The translations under genes were made by a program, and so were the position numbers. 64,000 nucleotides of DNA from Alphaproteobacteria bacterium (GTDB lineage: Bacteria; Pseudomonadota; Alphaproteobacteria; Rickettsiales; 21-14-0-20-44-7), in contig JAYVPI010000001.1 of the NCBI GenBank assembly GCA_043757405.1, forward strand, positions 211,437 through 275,436, in the 5' to 3' direction. Within the stretch, counting starts at the first letter, position 1, and every line of letters starts with the position of its first letter. This document shows, piece after piece, positions 10,524 through 20,924 of this stretch. The notes beneath the pieces are model-generated. The model was not told the origin of the DNA and ran no database searches. It saw only the letters and a list, made by a program, of their open reading frames with translations.

Positions 10524-10874
10524 ATGGATAACCTAAATACTACAAATATAACTACACAACAGATAGCAGCCGACATCTACCACAGCTACCTTGAAGAGGC
10601 GCACGGCGTCTTGGAAGATTTTAATATCGGGGCAAGGCCCGAATCACTGAATAAGATGAATATATTGTGGAACCAACTGCATATGGCAGGCGGAGCAAAA
10701 TATATTTATGCCGACGCTTTATATGATGACTTTTCGTCCCAATGGCTAAGTTCCAAAGGTAAGCAACTGATAGACGAACTCATCGAGGACGCGAAAAAGT
10801 CGAAAATGAATAAAGCTCTGAAAACTTTGAAAGAGCTGCGCCAAATTCTGGAAGATAAGCATCTTATAAACTAA
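10524..10874 (+). CDS. Hypothetical protein (116 aa)
   Basis: The ATG is preceded by GGAGGG and the ORF is followed by a hairpin plus T-run. I recognise no family. Confidence 0.5.
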   Translation: MDNLNTTNITTQQIAADIYHSYLEEAHGVLEDFNIGARPESLNKMNILWNQLHMAGGAKYIYADALYDDFSSQWLSSKGKQLIDELIEDAKKSKMNKALKTLKELRQILEDKHLIN

Positions 10875-10902
10875 GCTCACCTTCCAGTTTAATCCGAAAA
10901 CG

Positions 10903-10935
10903 CCCCGGGGCTCCGCGTCCGGGGGTTTTCTTTTT
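10903..10935 (+). terminator. Probable Rho-independent terminator
   Basis: CCCCGG...CCGGGG stem followed by TTTTCTTTTT. Confidence 0.5.
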
Positions 10936-10985
10936 AATTATGGGTTTTGTAACAAAACTGCAATGATGTTGGTGTAGAATTTCTC

Positions 10986-11285
10986 ATGTTAAAATATGGG
11001 ATATTATTAATCGTTCTTTTGATAACCGCTTGCGAAGGTCATCGCGATAATTTTCCTATGCGTAATCCAATCACAAACGAAGCCGTTAATTGTGAAAGCG
11101 GCCCTTATTGGTTTGATGAAGGCGCTCCCCAATTAGAAATTGCACAGGCCTGCATACATGCTTGCGAACTTCATGGATATAGAAGATACACCGGCAATCT
11201 GCATACCGACAAACCACGTCCACAAGTTGCAAATAAATATATGCAATTCAAAATACCGGCTCAATGTCGTGGAGATAAATTATGA
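10986..11285 (+). CDS. Putative lipoprotein (99 aa, Cys-rich)
   Basis: Signal peptide with a lipobox-like LITAC, and four further Cys residues. Confidence 0.55.
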   Translation: MLKYGILLIVLLITACEGHRDNFPMRNPITNEAVNCESGPYWFDEGAPQLEIAQACIHACELHGYRRYTGNLHTDKPRPQVANKYMQFKIPAQCRGDKL

Positions 11286-11407
11286 GCGATTTCACAGCTG
11301 ATGGTAATTGGGCATTATATTCAATGCAAAAGACACTTCCTGGTTTAGGTTATATAGGCGGTATATTGGGCGGATTAAGTGTCCAGCAAGCTATGCGTAT
11401 TGCTTAG
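11282..11407 (+). CDS. Possible 41-aa small membrane protein (Gly-zipper-like), below the ORF-track cutoff
   Basis: The ATG overlaps the lipoprotein stop (ATGA). Product is MSDFTADGNWALYSMQKTLPGLGYIGGILGGLSVQQAMRIA. Support is weak. Confidence 0.3.
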   Translation: MSDFTADGNWALYSMQKTLPGLGYIGGILGGLSVQQAMRIA

Positions 11408-11408
11408 C

Positions 11409-12035
11409 TTATGCCGCCGCTTTAAATACTTCATTACTCGCCAAATTCTTAGCCGCGAATTCCCAGTTCAATAAGTTATCGAGGAAAACTTTGATGAAAT
11501 CAGGGCGTTTGTTTTGGTAATCGAGATAATATGCGTGTTCCCAAACATCGAGTGTCAATAATGGAACATCGCCTTTGGTAAACGGGGTTTCGGCATTTGG
11601 GGTTTTGACGATTTTTAATTTGCCTGATTTGTCAGCAACTAACCATGCCCAACCTGAACCAAACTGGGTGATTGCGGCTTGGGTAAAGTCGGCTGCGAAT
11701 TTATCATAGCCGCCGAGGTCGCTATCAATTTTCTTGGCCAAATCACCGCTTGGTTTGCCGCCGCCATTTTTAGGCGTCAGGCAATTCCAGAAAAATGTGT
11801 GGTTCCAAACTTGCGCGGCGTTGTTGAAAAGGACTTTCTTGGATTCATCATCGGCAGTTTCGAGGATAATATCTTCCAGTGATTTTTTCTCAAGCGGAGT
11901 TCCGGCAGTTAACTCGTTCAATTTTGTGACATAAGCCTGGTGGTGCTTGCCATAATGGAAATCAAAAGTCTTTGCGCTCATATGCGGTTCGAGCGCGGTT
12001 TTTTCATATGGCAATGGGGGCAATGTAAAGGGCAT
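11409..12035 (-). CDS. sodB: Superoxide dismutase (Fe-type)
   Basis: Motifs DVWEHAYYLDYQN and AAQVWNHTFFW are present. The start is set at ATG 12035, preceded by GGAG; the track's 12047 start is TTG. Confidence 0.9.
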   Translation of the reverse strand: MPFTLPPLPYEKTALEPHMSAKTFDFHYGKHHQAYVTKLNELTAGTPLEKKSLEDIILETADDESKKVLFNNAAQVWNHTFFWNCLTPKNGGGKPSGDLAKKIDSDLGGYDKFAADFTQAAITQFGSGWAWLVADKSGKLKIVKTPNAETPFTKGDVPLLTLDVWEHAYYLDYQNKRPDFIKVFLDNLLNWEFAAKNLASNEVFKAAA

Positions 12036-12107
12036 GGTATTCTCCAATTCTGATTAATGGGCCAAGTTTAGTCAAATGCGATAAAAATTCAATCAGGGAA
12101 TTTTATG

Positions 12108-12572
12108 TTATCGAACTGCCTCGGCAGTTAGTTGTGGTAATTTAAAAGCTTTGTCACCTAATCCTAATTGCTGGCAAGCTGAATTGAAATATGCTGCCAT
12201 GGATAGCAACAATACCGAAGCTCCTGGCTTACCTAATTCCGCATGTGATAACTTGCCATATGTAGTTGCGCCTGCAATGTGTTTTTCTACAGCACCTCTA
12301 TCTGTGGGTTTGGGAGTAGTCCTTTCACGATCAATTAATGTCTGCGTGGAGTGATAAGGGCCTGAAAAATTTAAAGGGAATGTGCTGATGGCGCCTAGTA
12401 TATAATTCTCAAGCGCCACTGTTGTTCCGCAGCGCCGAAGCTCATCATAAATTTTCGCCTGTACTGTCGCGGTACCTGAAACTACTTCATCGCCAACGGA
12501 GTCTTTTTGCGCGGCTATTTCATCTAACATTACTAGATAAGCACTTTTATGTATTTGTGGCGTGATATTCAT
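12108..12572 (-). CDS. Hypothetical protein (154 aa)
   Basis: Long ORF in an otherwise unassigned gap. I recognise no family. Confidence 0.5.
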   Translation of the reverse strand: MNITPQIHKSAYLVMLDEIAAQKDSVGDEVVSGTATVQAKIYDELRRCGTTVALENYILGAISTFPLNFSGPYHSTQTLIDRERTTPKPTDRGAVEKHIAGATTYGKLSHAELGKPGASVLLLSMAAYFNSACQQLGLGDKAFKLPQLTAEAVR

Positions 12573-12640
12573 GACTGTCCGCTCAATTAAGATTTATTAA
12601 GCAATATATCAATTAGTCAAATATAACAAGCAAAAAAGCA

Positions 12641-13108
12641 TTAGCTGCGGAGTTTTTCCAGTAGTCCCTGTAATATATAGCTGGCCGCCAACTTATCCAC
12701 CAATTCCTTCTGCCGCGTATGCGTCATCGCCATCATATCCATACTGCGTTCAACGGCTTGGCTACTCATGCGCTCGTCTTGGAAATATATGGGGATATCA
12801 CGGATTTTCAGCATATTACGGCCAAACTGGCGTGAAGACTGGCATTTTGGGCCTTCCGTGCCGTCCATGTTGACCGGAAGGCCGATGATTACGGCACCGG
12901 CCTCATGTTCGTCAATTATGGCAAACAAGCGCCCGGCATCTGCGGTAAATTTTTTGCGCCGGATGATTACTAATGGTGAGGCGATTGTCTGTAATTTGTC
13001 ACTAAGCGCAACCCCAATTGTCTTCTCACCCAGGTCCAGGCCGATTATTCTTTGATTCTTATGGAGTTGGGAAATATCTTCTATGAACATATATTTCTTA
13101 TAAATCAT
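12641..13108 (-). CDS. ruvX: Putative pre-16S rRNA nuclease / Holliday junction resolvase-like YqgF (RuvX)
   Basis: Motif IIGLDLGEKTIGVALSD. Length is about 150 aa. Confidence 0.85.
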   Translation of the reverse strand: MIYKKYMFIEDISQLHKNQRIIGLDLGEKTIGVALSDKLQTIASPLVIIRRKKFTADAGRLFAIIDEHEAGAVIIGLPVNMDGTEGPKCQSSRQFGRNMLKIRDIPIYFQDERMSSQAVERSMDMMAMTHTRQKELVDKLAASYILQGLLEKLRS

Positions 13109-13123
13109 AAGTCATAAAAAGTA

Positions 13124-13675
13124 ATGGTTATATTTGCCAAGAAAACTGTAATCGGCTGGGAGGAATGGCTGGGCTTGCCTGAGCTGGGGCTGCCGGCGAT
13201 CAAGGCCAAGGTGGATACAGGGGCGCAGACTTCTTCGCTGCATGCGATGAATATCAAAGTCGTGCTGCGTAATGGCATTAGGTTTGTAAAATTCCGCATC
13301 AACCCAATTCATAAAAACAAAAAATTCGTTGTCCATTGTTCGGCGCCGTTAATCGACAGGCGTTATGTTGTGGATTCAGGCGGACATAGGGAAAAGCGCT
13401 ATGTAATTGAAACTGAAATGATTTTGGGACGCAAACATCACCGGATCGAGCTTACACTTACTAATAGAAAAACTATGGCTTTTCGGATGTTATTGGGCCG
13501 CCAAGCGATGGAGGTTGCAAAATTAGTGGTCGATCCGGTAGAATCCTGCCGGATGGGCAAGCTCAAGTTGGAGCAGGTCAGAGAAATTTATACAAAAAAA
13601 TTGGAGCAAGAGCAGATAGTTTATGAAGAACAGCACCCCCCGCATGAAGATAGCAATACTGGGCTCCAATCCTGA
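13124..13675 (+). CDS. RimK-associated retropepsin-like / 'ATP-dependent zinc protease' family protein
   Basis: N-terminal [32 protein letters not shown] is typical of the family usually encoded next to rimK. The gene overlaps the rimK start. Confidence 0.7.
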   Translation: MVIFAKKTVIGWEEWLGLPELGLPAIKAKVDTGAQTSSLHAMNIKVVLRNGIRFVKFRINPIHKNKKFVVHCSAPLIDRRYVVDSGGHREKRYVIETEMILGRKHHRIELTLTNRKTMAFRMLLGRQAMEVAKLVVDPVESCRMGKLKLEQVREIYTKKLEQEQIVYEEQHPPHEDSNTGLQS

Positions 13676-14552
13676 ACTCTATTCGCATACAAGAATGATC
13701 GAAGCTGCCAAAGCGCGCGGCCATAAAATCGATTTCATCAATATCAAAAATTGCTACATGAATATTTCGCGCAATAACCCGCAGGTATTTTATCGCGGCG
13801 GCGAAAAGCTAAAAAATTATGATGCCATTATCCCGCGCATCCGCCCTGCCCTGACTTTTTATGGCACCGCAGTTGTACGCCAGTTCGAGATGATGGGCGT
13901 ATTTTGTCTGAATGAATCAGTGGCGATTACACGTAGCCGCGATAAATTGCGCACGCTGCAACTGCTGTCACGCAAGGGAATCGATATGCCGATCACCGCA
14001 TTCGCGCATTCACCGGAAGATACCAAAGACATGATCAGGCTGGTTGGCGGTGCGCCGCTAATTGTGAAATTGCTGGAAGGAACGCAAGGCGTGGGCGTAG
14101 TATTGGCGGAAACTTCCAAGGCGGCGGAATCGGTAATCACCGCGTTCAAATCTTTAAAGGCTGATATTCTCGTTCAGGAATTTATCAAGGAAGCTGCTGG
14201 CCGCGATATCCGCTGCTTCGTGGTCGGTGATCGCATTATCGGTTCGATGCAGCGCGTAGCGAAAGAAGGCGAATTCCGCGCCAATGTGCATTTGGGCGGG
14301 GCAGTAATGCCGGTGGAAATTACTGCTGAGGAAAAAAAACTGGCACTCAAAGCCACCAAAGTTTTGGGCCTGCGCTGCGCAGGCGTTGATATCATACGCT
14401 CCAAAACGGGGCCAAAGGTTCTGGAAGTGAACTCATCTCCAGGTTTGGAGGGAATTGAGGAAGCTACTAAAAAGGATATAGCTTCAGAAATTATCAAGTA
14501 TCTTGAAAAGAGCGCCATCCCCAATAAAGTAAGAACCAAGGGCAAGGGATGA
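13644..14552 (+). CDS. rimK: Ribosomal protein S6 glutamate ligase RimK (ATP-grasp)
   Basis: The [14 protein letters not shown] start and ATP-grasp motifs ([26 protein letters not shown]) are present. Confidence 0.85.
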   Translation: MKIAILGSNPELYSHTRMIEAAKARGHKIDFINIKNCYMNISRNNPQVFYRGGEKLKNYDAIIPRIRPALTFYGTAVVRQFEMMGVFCLNESVAITRSRDKLRTLQLLSRKGIDMPITAFAHSPEDTKDMIRLVGGAPLIVKLLEGTQGVGVVLAETSKAAESVITAFKSLKADILVQEFIKEAAGRDIRCFVVGDRIIGSMQRVAKEGEFRANVHLGGAVMPVEITAEEKKLALKATKVLGLRCAGVDIIRSKTGPKVLEVNSSPGLEGIEEATKKDIASEIIKYLEKSAIPNKVRTKGKG

Positions 14553-14628
14553 TATTTTATTGCTACCTCATAGTGGTGTTATAATCATGCATTATTAGTT
14601 AGCCGCCTTTACGAAACATCCCATCTCT

Positions 14629-14644
14629 TGGCACGTAGATTGCT
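14629..14644 (+). promoter_or_regulatory. Sigma-54 (RpoN) -24/-12 promoter upstream of flgL
   Basis: TGGCAC-GTAGA-TTGCT is an exact match to TGGCAC-N5-TTGCW. It lies 27 nt upstream of the flgL ATG, with GGAG at 14662 in between. Confidence 0.6.
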
Positions 14645-14670
14645 TGTATTACCCCAGAAATGGAGTAATT

Positions 14671-15576
14671 ATGGCTATTAACCGCGTATCCACAGCTTCC
14701 TTATACCAGCAAAACCTGAGTGATATCAGCAGTGTACAAGTTGAGTTGGCGAAACTGAACAAGCAGATTTCCAGCGGCTATAAGGCTAATTCATGGGATG
14801 AGCTGAATGGCAGTGTAGAGCGCGTTTCAGCTTATCAAACCAAGATTGATAGCATCAGCACTTATAATTCTAATAACACCAGCGTAATGGCGCGGTTGAA
14901 TGTTATGGACCATACTATGGGCCAGCTACAGGATATTGCTACACAATATGCCTCGCTGATTTCCCAGCGTAATAGCGGCGTGGGTGGTAACAGCCTCAAC
15001 TTTGCGACTCAGGCTAAAGCTATGCTTGACCAGATTTCACAAGATATGAACGTACAGATTGCCGGACGCTATGTTTTCAGCGGTTCTAAGACTAATACTG
15101 CCCCGGTTAATCAGCCGATTGGTATTTCAGGCTCGAGCGGAACTCCGAGCAATAGTTATTATAATGGCTCCAGCGATGCTTTAACGGCGCGGATCAGTGA
15201 CGCGCAAGTATTGCATTATGGCGTCCCCGGGGATGACCCGGCTTTCCAAAACCTTATTAGCGCTATAACCACCGGTATTGCCGGCAACGCTTCTAATGAC
15301 TCATCCCTGCTCAGCAAATCGATTGATAATATCAACTTGGCCATCCAGGGTCTGGCTGACGTAAAAACGGGAGTTGATACCAGCATAACGAATATCCAAA
15401 ACGTACAGGATCAGCACGCCACTTTAAAATTATATTGGCAACAAGCACTTAGTGACGAAACAAGCACAGATGTTGCCGAAGCCAGCATAAAACTCGCCGC
15501 CGACCAAACTACCCTGCAAGCCACATTCCAGGCGTTTGCCGGATTAACGAAATTGAAACTAACTGATTACCTCTAA
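14671..15576 (+). CDS. flgL: Flagellar hook-associated protein 3 FlgL
   Basis: Flagellin-type N-terminus (MAINRVSTASLYQQ) and C-terminus are present. fliW follows. Confidence 0.8.
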   Translation: MAINRVSTASLYQQNLSDISSVQVELAKLNKQISSGYKANSWDELNGSVERVSAYQTKIDSISTYNSNNTSVMARLNVMDHTMGQLQDIATQYASLISQRNSGVGGNSLNFATQAKAMLDQISQDMNVQIAGRYVFSGSKTNTAPVNQPIGISGSSGTPSNSYYNGSSDALTARISDAQVLHYGVPGDDPAFQNLISAITTGIAGNASNDSSLLSKSIDNINLAIQGLADVKTGVDTSITNIQNVQDQHATLKLYWQQALSDETSTDVAEASIKLAADQTTLQATFQAFAGLTKLKLTDYL

Positions 15577-15636
15577 CTTAACGAATAATTAAGACAATTA
15601 ACCCAAACTATAAAAACAACTAAAGGAACCAAGAAC

Positions 15637-16092
15637 ATGCAAGCACAAACAACGGTAAAATCCGAAACTCAATTGAAAACACGCTTCGGCGATATTTCAG
15701 CTGATACTTCAAAAGCTATCGAGTTTCCAAACGGTATTCTTGGTATGCCTAATCAGAAAAAATTCCTCATCAGCGCAATGCCAGATAAGAAAATGGAAAA
15801 ATTCCAGGTTCTGCAATCATTGAATGATTCTGACGTTTCCTTCGCAGTGGTGCCTTTGGCAACATTGGGTGCGTTGATTGACAACGAACACCTGGAAGAA
15901 ATCCGCAAAGTTCTCGAAATGAGCCAAGCTGATTTCCTCACTATGCTGATCGTATCGATCCAAAAAACACCAAGCGGCGCGAAACTTTCAGTAAATCTTC
16001 GCGCTCCATTGTTTATCGATACTGCAAACCGCGCCGGCTACCAAATCGTTTTGGCCAGCAGCAAATACCCTGTTCAGCATTATTTAGACTAG
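15637..16092 (+). CDS. fliW: Flagellar assembly factor FliW
   Basis: Contains TRFGDIS...IEFPNGILGMP...F. Length is about 150 aa. Confidence 0.85.
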   Translation: MQAQTTVKSETQLKTRFGDISADTSKAIEFPNGILGMPNQKKFLISAMPDKKMEKFQVLQSLNDSDVSFAVVPLATLGALIDNEHLEEIRKVLEMSQADFLTMLIVSIQKTPSGAKLSVNLRAPLFIDTANRAGYQIVLASSKYPVQHYLD

Positions 16093-16113
16093 TGATTGGC
16101 CTGTAATGAATTT

Positions 16114-16146
16114 AAGGCCCCGGCTATTGACCGGGGCCTTTTTTTA
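16114..16146 (+). terminator. Rho-independent terminator after fliW
   Basis: AAGGCCCCGG-ctattga-CCGGGGCCTT perfect 10-bp stem followed by a T-run. Confidence 0.75.
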
Positions 16147-16160
16147 TATAAGCTGCTGGA

Positions 16161-16925
16161 ATGAAAATAATCACCTGGAACGTCAATTCCATCGGCGCAA
16201 GGCTCCCGCATCTTTTGGTCTATTTAAAAGACCAAAGCCCCGACATTGCATTGTTGCAGGAAACCAAGACGGTGAATGAGAACTTCCCGCGGATGGAGAT
16301 CGAGGATCTGGGGTATAATTTGGCGATTCACGGGCAAAAGTCATATAACGGCGTGGCGATTTTGAGCAAATATGCGATCGAGGATGTTGTCACTACCCTG
16401 CCTGGCGATGATAATGATGTTGAGGCGCGGTATATCGAGGCGGTGGTAAAAGGCTTTCGAGTGGCCAGTGTTTATGTGCCCAACGGGATGGAAATCGGGC
16501 ATGATAAATTCCATTATAAATTGAAGTTTTTTGAACGCCTCCGCGACCACGCGCAAAATTTGCTGCAGTATAATGAAAAGCTGGTGATGGGCGGGGATTA
16601 TAATGTGGCACCGCAGGCGATAGATACGCATGATCCCAGCCGTGACGGGGTGGTTTGTTATCATCCGGCAGAGCGGTCACGTTTTCATGCTATTGAATAT
16701 TTGGGATTAACCGATGCGTTTCGGGCAGTGCATCCAGATAAGCAGAAGTTCAGCTGGTGGGATTATCGCGCTGGCGCATTCCAGCAAAATAAAGGGCTGC
16801 GTATCGACCATCTTTTGCTCTCAGCGGAAGCGGCGGATGGGTTGAGCGCATGTGATATTGATACTACGCCGCGCATATTGGAAAGACCATCAGACCATAC
16901 TCCGGTATGGTGCGATATAAATTGA
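16161..16925 (+). CDS. xthA: Exodeoxyribonuclease III
   Basis: Contains MKIITWNVNSI, LQETK and PSDHTPVW. Confidence 0.9.
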   Translation: MKIITWNVNSIGARLPHLLVYLKDQSPDIALLQETKTVNENFPRMEIEDLGYNLAIHGQKSYNGVAILSKYAIEDVVTTLPGDDNDVEARYIEAVVKGFRVASVYVPNGMEIGHDKFHYKLKFFERLRDHAQNLLQYNEKLVMGGDYNVAPQAIDTHDPSRDGVVCYHPAERSRFHAIEYLGLTDAFRAVHPDKQKFSWWDYRAGAFQQNKGLRIDHLLLSAEAADGLSACDIDTTPRILERPSDHTPVWCDIN

Positions 16926-16931
16926 GGTAAA

Positions 16932-17477
16932 ATGGGCAACCCGAAAAAAAACTTTGCTGAACGTTTCCTGGCCCTCACAGCCAAAATGCAAAAACCGCTA
17001 AGGCCCAAGGCTCCGGGCGAAGTTATTTATGGCGATATGCATAACCGCACTTTTGCGGCGCTGATCGATATAATTTTGCTTTTACCGATTATCCTAGTTC
17101 TTCCAACATTGTTGCTTTCTGATGCCGATGCCCAGAAGCGGACGATTATAATCAACTCTTATCAATTTATTGTGATCGGGATTTATAATATTTACTTCAC
17201 CCATAAATGCGGCGCAACACCGGGCAAGGTTATTGTGGGGCTGAAAGTGGTGGATATTATCACCAATGACAAACTCACTCTCAGCCAATGTGTGATTCGG
17301 TATCTGGCATATGTAACCTTCCCGCTGGGAATGCTTTTTGGCTCATTTCGACGTAATAAGCGCACTTGGCATGATCATATCGCCGATACTGTGGTGATTT
17401 TTTCGTCGAATCGGTGGTACAAGCTACAAGCCGATAGATTGAAGCAGAAGGTGAAATCGTACTTCAATATGCGTTGA
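16932..17477 (+). CDS. RDD family membrane protein
   Basis: TM segments plus an RTWHDHIADTVV C-terminal motif. Confidence 0.7.
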   Translation: MGNPKKNFAERFLALTAKMQKPLRPKAPGEVIYGDMHNRTFAALIDIILLLPIILVLPTLLLSDADAQKRTIIINSYQFIVIGIYNIYFTHKCGATPGKVIVGLKVVDIITNDKLTLSQCVIRYLAYVTFPLGMLFGSFRRNKRTWHDHIADTVVIFSSNRWYKLQADRLKQKVKSYFNMR

Positions 17478-17538
17478 TTTGTTGATTAAGTTAACAATTT
17501 GTCATAAATTGTTCAAATTCTAATGATAATGATTGTTT

Positions 17539-18378
17539 ATGACAGATGAAATAGCAGACCCGTTCAGTAGCTCGTTCACTAAAGGTGAAATTGGCAAATA
17601 TGGAATTGAGGCAATACCACAAGTGGCACTGACGCCAACTGAGGCGCTTGCGGCTACACTCCAAACTTTGGTGGTTGAAGGTAAAGGCGTAGATGTAAAA
17701 AAATTAAAATCCATGGTTGTTAATCTCAAAAACCTGGCGCCTTTGGTTGATAGTGACAATGATGGTAAAGTTACGCGCGAAGAATTTGGCGTAGCATTAC
17801 GTAAATTGCAATTAGCAGATAAAACAATAACTGCCGCGCTATCACCATCGGTAATAACGGATCTTGTTAAAACGATTCCGCCCGAAGGTCTAGGGATTGA
17901 TGAAATTAATGGGCAATTTGATTCGCTGAATGAAAAACTTGATGCCGCCGATAAAGATGGCAACGGTTATTATGATGGCAGTGAAATAATAATGCCAATT
18001 ACTAATGAAGGCGCATATAACTATGAGCAGTTTATAAAAGAAGTTTCTGAAGGTGAGCTCAGCAAGCCACTAAAAATTCCAACTGGATTCGGACAATTTA
18101 TAAGAATCACCCCTGCTCCTGAAACGCTTATTGGGGCTAAATTAGTATTGGATACAGTGCCAAAAGATATCGATAAATTGGACCTCAATGGCGATGGCGG
18201 GGTTTCCTTGAGTGAGTTAAAGCAACAATTGTTTAAAAGTATCGGTATGGATGCAGGCCAGCAAATTCTGCATAGTATTGGGCTGGATAAAATACCGGAT
18301 GGCGATCCACAGCTGACTGCGCCATTACAGGGAATAGCCAATCCGCTCCCGAATACTGAAATTGATAAAACAAGATAA
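17539..18378 (+). CDS. EF-hand calcium-binding-motif protein (3 loops), otherwise unknown
   Basis: Canonical 12-residue loops DSDNDGKVTREE, DKDGNGYYDGSE and DLNGDGGVSLSE are present. The first ATG is 17539; the track's 17533 start is TTG. Confidence 0.6.
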   Translation: MTDEIADPFSSSFTKGEIGKYGIEAIPQVALTPTEALAATLQTLVVEGKGVDVKKLKSMVVNLKNLAPLVDSDNDGKVTREEFGVALRKLQLADKTITAALSPSVITDLVKTIPPEGLGIDEINGQFDSLNEKLDAADKDGNGYYDGSEIIMPITNEGAYNYEQFIKEVSEGELSKPLKIPTGFGQFIRITPAPETLIGAKLVLDTVPKDIDKLDLNGDGGVSLSELKQQLFKSIGMDAGQQILHSIGLDKIPDGDPQLTAPLQGIANPLPNTEIDKTR

Positions 18379-18382
18379 AGCT

Positions 18383-19222
18383 TTAATCTGATTTTTTCAC
18401 AATCTCGTCAATGGCTTTCAACTGGGTCAGCAATCCTTCCATATCTTTTAACTTCACCATGCACGGCCCGTCAGATGGCGCGTTGTCCGGATCCTGATGC
18501 GTTTCCGCAAACACGCCCGCCACACCTGCCGCCACTGCGGCGCGGGAGATGTATGGAACCATATCGCGGTTACCGCCGCTGGCCGTACCCTGCCCGCCTG
18601 GTTGTTGGACTGAGTGGGTGGCGTCGATAACTACCGGATATCCTGTTTCCGCCATAATCGGCAGGGCGCGGATATCTGTCACCAATGTATTATAACCAAA
18701 TGATGCGCCGCGATCGGTGAGGATTATTTTATCGCAACCGGTGGAGGCGATTTTATCGGCGACATTTTTCATATCCCACGGTGCGAGAAATTGGCCTTTT
18801 TTGACATTGATGGCGCAGCCGTGTTTTACTGAAGCTTCCCCCGCCGCAATCAGGAGGTCGGTCTGGCGGCATAAAAACGCCGGAATTTGCATAATATCGA
18901 CAACTTGCGCCAGTTCGTCGCATTGCTGGCGTTCGTGGATATCGGTGAGGACGGGGACTTTAAATTCTTTTTTCAACGCCTCAAAAACCGCCAGTGATTT
19001 TTCAAGCCCCATCCCGCGCTGGCCTTTCAAGCTTGTGCGGTTTGCCTTGTCGAACGAGGTTTTGTAAATCAACGGGATGCCGAGCTTTTTGGTAATTTCC
19101 ACCAACTCGCCGCACATCATGAATGCATGGTCTTTCGACTCCATCTGGCATGGGCCGGCGATGAGGACGAAAGGCTTTTTATTGCTGAATTCTACGTTTT
19201 TAACTTTTACAGTTTTTTGCAT
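18383..19222 (-). CDS. kdsA: 2-dehydro-3-deoxyphosphooctonate aldolase (KDO-8-P synthase)
   Basis: The 279-aa product resembles KdsA along its full length (PFVLIAGPCQMES, ATHSVQ). Confidence 0.95.
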   Translation of the reverse strand: MQKTVKVKNVEFSNKKPFVLIAGPCQMESKDHAFMMCGELVEITKKLGIPLIYKTSFDKANRTSLKGQRGMGLEKSLAVFEALKKEFKVPVLTDIHERQQCDELAQVVDIMQIPAFLCRQTDLLIAAGEASVKHGCAINVKKGQFLAPWDMKNVADKIASTGCDKIILTDRGASFGYNTLVTDIRALPIMAETGYPVVIDATHSVQQPGGQGTASGGNRDMVPYISRAAVAAGVAGVFAETHQDPDNAPSDGPCMVKLKDMEGLLTQLKAIDEIVKKSD

Positions 19223-19231
19223 ATAGCTAAT

Positions 19232-20860
19232 TTAAGCCACCCGTTTAGGTTTTGCAACCTTGCCTTTCCCCATTGCCGCTTTCACGAAACTTACAAATAA
19301 CGGGTGCGGCTGGAACGGGCGGGATTTTAGTTCCGGATGGAACTGCACTGCTACAAACCACGGGTGGTCTTTGCGCTCTACTATTTCTGGTAATTTTCCA
19401 TCGGGGGAGATTCCGGAGATAATCAGGCCGGCTTTTTCTAATTGGGCAGCGTAATTTATGTTGGCCTCATACCGGTGGCGGTGGCGTTCGCTGATTTTGG
19501 CGGCGCCATAAATTTCGTGCGCTTTGCTGCCTTTTTTAAGTTCGCATGGATATGCACCAAGGCGCATTGTGCCGCCGATATCGCCTTTATCACCGCGTTT
19601 TTCTTTTTTCGCGCCCTTCTTCCATTCCGTCATCAAACCAACAACTGGCGATGCGCATGGGCCGAATTCTGTGGTATTGGCGTCCTTGATTTTGGCGACA
19701 TTACGCGCCGTTTCGATTACGGCCATTTGCATGCCGAAGCATATTCCGAGGAATGGGATTTTTTTCTCGCGGGCATAGCGAATAGCATCAATCTTGCCCT
19801 TGGTTCCGCGCTCGCCAAAGCCGCCGGGGACTACTATTGCATCAACGTCTTTATAATCTTTGCCGGTGGCGAATTCCGCATCCAGCCACTTTACTTTTAC
19901 TTTTGCGTTATTTACAAACCCGCCGTGGTCAAGAGCTTCGAGGAGGGATTTATAGGCATCGGCCAGGTTATATTTGCCGACAATCGCCACAGTCACCTCA
20001 CCTTTTAAACTGCGGATGGTTTTGATTATGTTGTTCCAGTTTTTCAAATCCGGCTTCTTATTACTCAGTTTAAAATAATTCGCCACGCGTGTATCGAGAC
20101 CATATTCATGATAGCTCACCGGAACTTCATAAATATTTTTTGCGTCGAGCGCCGGAATTACATCAGCCTCCGGAACATTACAAAACAATGCAATTTTCTT
20201 GAGTAAATCTTGCGGGATTACGCGGTCACTGCGGCACAAAATCATGTTTGGCTGGATACCGATCGAGCGTAGTTCTTTTACGGAGTGTTGTGTCGGTTTG
20301 GTTTTCAATTCTTTGGCTGACGGGATGTATGGCAACAATGTTAAATGGATATACATCGTTTTATCGCTGCCGAGTTGATAACCAATCTGGCGGATGGCTT
20401 CATAAAACGGCAAGCCCTCGATATCGCCGATGGTGCCGCCGATTTCACACAAAATGAAATCCGCGCCGTCAGTATCTTTCAAAACAAAGTTTTTGATTAG
20501 GTCGGTTACGTGCGGAATCACCTGCACCGTGCCGCCCAGATAATCGCCTTTGCGTTCCTTGGCGAGCAAGGTGGAATAAATTTTTCCGGCGGTGACGTTG
20601 TCGCCTTTGCGTGCATCGACACCGGTGAAGCGCTCATAGTGGCCAAGGTCGAGATCAGTTTCTGCGCCATCTTCGGTCACAAAAACTTCGCCATGCTGGA
20701 TCGGCGACATCGTGCCGGGGTCAATGTTTAAGTATGGGTCTAATTTGCGGAGACGGGTTTTATATCCGCGGGCCTGGAGCAAAGCTGCCAAACTGGCTGC
20801 CGCAAGGCCTTTCCCAAGTGATGAAGCAACCCCGCCGGTGATGAATATAAATCTGGTCAT
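19232..20860 (-). CDS. pyrG: CTP synthase
   Basis: Contains [18 protein letters not shown] and a GATase domain (GICFGMQ). Confidence 0.97.
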   Translation of the reverse strand: MTRFIFITGGVASSLGKGLAAASLAALLQARGYKTRLRKLDPYLNIDPGTMSPIQHGEVFVTEDGAETDLDLGHYERFTGVDARKGDNVTAGKIYSTLLAKERKGDYLGGTVQVIPHVTDLIKNFVLKDTDGADFILCEIGGTIGDIEGLPFYEAIRQIGYQLGSDKTMYIHLTLLPYIPSAKELKTKPTQHSVKELRSIGIQPNMILCRSDRVIPQDLLKKIALFCNVPEADVIPALDAKNIYEVPVSYHEYGLDTRVANYFKLSNKKPDLKNWNNIIKTIRSLKGEVTVAIVGKYNLADAYKSLLEALDHGGFVNNAKVKVKWLDAEFATGKDYKDVDAIVVPGGFGERGTKGKIDAIRYAREKKIPFLGICFGMQMAVIETARNVAKIKDANTTEFGPCASPVVGLMTEWKKGAKKEKRGDKGDIGGTMRLGAYPCELKKGSKAHEIYGAAKISERHRHRYEANINYAAQLEKAGLIISGISPDGKLPEIVERKDHPWFVAVQFHPELKSRPFQPHPLFVSFVKAAMGKGKVAKPKRVA

Positions 20861-20924
20861 GACGGGAGACTATTTAAACTATTTATATAGCCGGGCGCAA
20901 GGATTAAGTTGCATAACCATTATC

